Origin: an uncultured Opitutaceae bacterium
GTDB taxonomy: Bacteria; Verrucomicrobiota; Verrucomicrobiia; Opitutales; Opitutaceae
DNA: 16,000 bases
Assembly: GCA_964546955.1 (NCBI GenBank)
Contig: CAZJLP010000002.1
Span: 166,431 to 182,430 of the forward strand
Reading direction: 5' to 3'
Below the pieces are notes generated by a model. That model was not told the DNA's origin, searched no databases, and saw nothing but the letters and a program-made list of their open reading frames with translations. Positions 15,344 through 16,000 of this stretch are shown piece after piece; positions within the stretch are counted from its first letter, which is position 1; each line of letters starts with the position of its first letter. The position numbers and the translations under genes were made by a program.

Positions 15344-15425
15344 GGATTCGCGCACCGTTGCAAATCCGCGGCGCGCTGTCGATGCCGGGCTTCTCGAAAG
15401 GCCCTCCAGCGGGATCCACCTACCC

Positions 15426-16000
15426 CTAAGGCTTGACCGCTTCAAGCGGCCGGATGCGCCCGATCAGCAGAAAAAGAGCCCCGGTGGCGGCGGGCGCCAG
15501 GAGCCCGGCGGCGATGAGAATGGGGGTGTAGCTGAAGCGCATGGTGACCCAGCCGGTGCACTCGGTGAAAATGATCGCCCCCAGCCCGGCGGCGGTGCCG
15601 GCGAAGCCGGCAATGGAGCCGACCGCGCGCACCGGAAAAAAATCGCTGGGCAGGGTTTGGATGTTTCCGACCCAGTACTGGAACCCGAACAAGGTGACGC
15701 TGATCCAGCCCAGAGCCGCGTAGGGAGACTGCGAATACGCGGCGACGATGCCGGCCGGCATCAAAAAGGTGCCGACGAGGATCGCGGTTTTGCGCGCGGC
15801 GTTGACGGACCAGCCTCGTTTGATCAGGACCCCGGAAGTCCAGCCGCCCGCCAGGCAGCCGGCGTCCGCGGCCACGAAGGGCACCCAGGCAAATAGGCCG
15901 ATTTCCTTCAGGTTGAAACCACGCGCCTGGGTGAGGTAGAGCGGTAGCCAGAACAAATAGAGCCACCAGATTGGATCGCCGAAGAAGCGGGCCATGATGA
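15426..16000 (-). CDS. MFS transporter, anion:cation symporter family (hexuronate/ExuT-like), 5' partial (C-terminal half only)
   Basis: The frame is open to the window edge. About 6 hydrophobic helices are visible, and GDPIWWLYLFWLPLYL is typical of ExuT-like sugar-acid transporters. Stop is TAG at 15426-15428. It lies 82 nt upstream of idnO on the same strand, which suggests a sugar-acid uptake and catabolism pair. Confidence 0.85.
   Translation of the reverse strand, partial: IMARFFGDPIWWLYLFWLPLYLTQARGFNLKEIGLFAWVPFVAADAGCLAGGWTSGVLIKRGWSVNAARKTAILVGTFLMPAGIVAAYSQSPYAALGWISVTLFGFQYWVGNIQTLPSDFFPVRAVGSIAGFAGTAAGLGAIIFTECTGWVTMRFSYTPILIAAGLLAPAATGALFLLIGRIRPLEAVKP

Noticed and set aside
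1-16000. Mobile element, genomic island, CRISPR array or defence system.
   Set aside because: I saw no transposase, integrase or recombinase-like ORF, no spaced direct-repeat array, no tRNA flank and no obvious compositional shift. Gene content is housekeeping plus envelope and transport functions.

Overview
Visibly GC-rich bacterial chromosomal window. Its gene content is typical of the PVC superphylum, most likely Verrucomicrobiota; that placement is inferred from domain families only. I support 12 protein-coding regions. On the + strand: a DUF1501 sulfatase-like gene (5' partial), translationally coupled by a TAATG overlap to a PSCyt1/DUF1549/DUF1553 gene. On the - strand, a run of genes: glycine--tRNA ligase (glyQS), a small membrane-anchored phospholipase-A2-like protein, a cytochrome b562-like periplasmic protein, a CxxCH (PSCyt1-type) + DUF2231-like membrane protein, and a secreted Trp-rich helical-repeat protein. 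Next comes a 1057-aa TonB-dependent receptor (+). Convergent with it is a secreted protein built only of four tandem TonB C-terminal domains, whose reading frame is broken by one in-frame TAG. The window ends with gluconate 5-dehydrogenase and the 3' part of an ExuT-like MFS transporter (-). I saw no rRNA, tRNA, CRISPR array, transposase or integrase. Observations worth a second look: (1) the in-frame amber codon sits exactly inside a conserved TonB_C domain; (2) an anchor-less 4x TonB_C architecture lies next to a TonB-dependent receptor; (3) a ~170-bp hairpin-bearing intergenic repeat has two clear copies and possibly a third degenerate one, always just downstream of minus-strand stop codons; (4) a b562-like / PSCyt1-DUF2231 / helical-repeat gene trio looks like an uncharacterised periplasm-membrane redox module; (5) a 19-bp-arm inverted repeat lies between glyQS and the PLA2-like gene. 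Several ORF-track starts are non-ATG extensions (TTG or GTG), and I trimmed them to internal ATGs that give sensible signal peptides. All family calls come from motif recognition by eye, not from searches.
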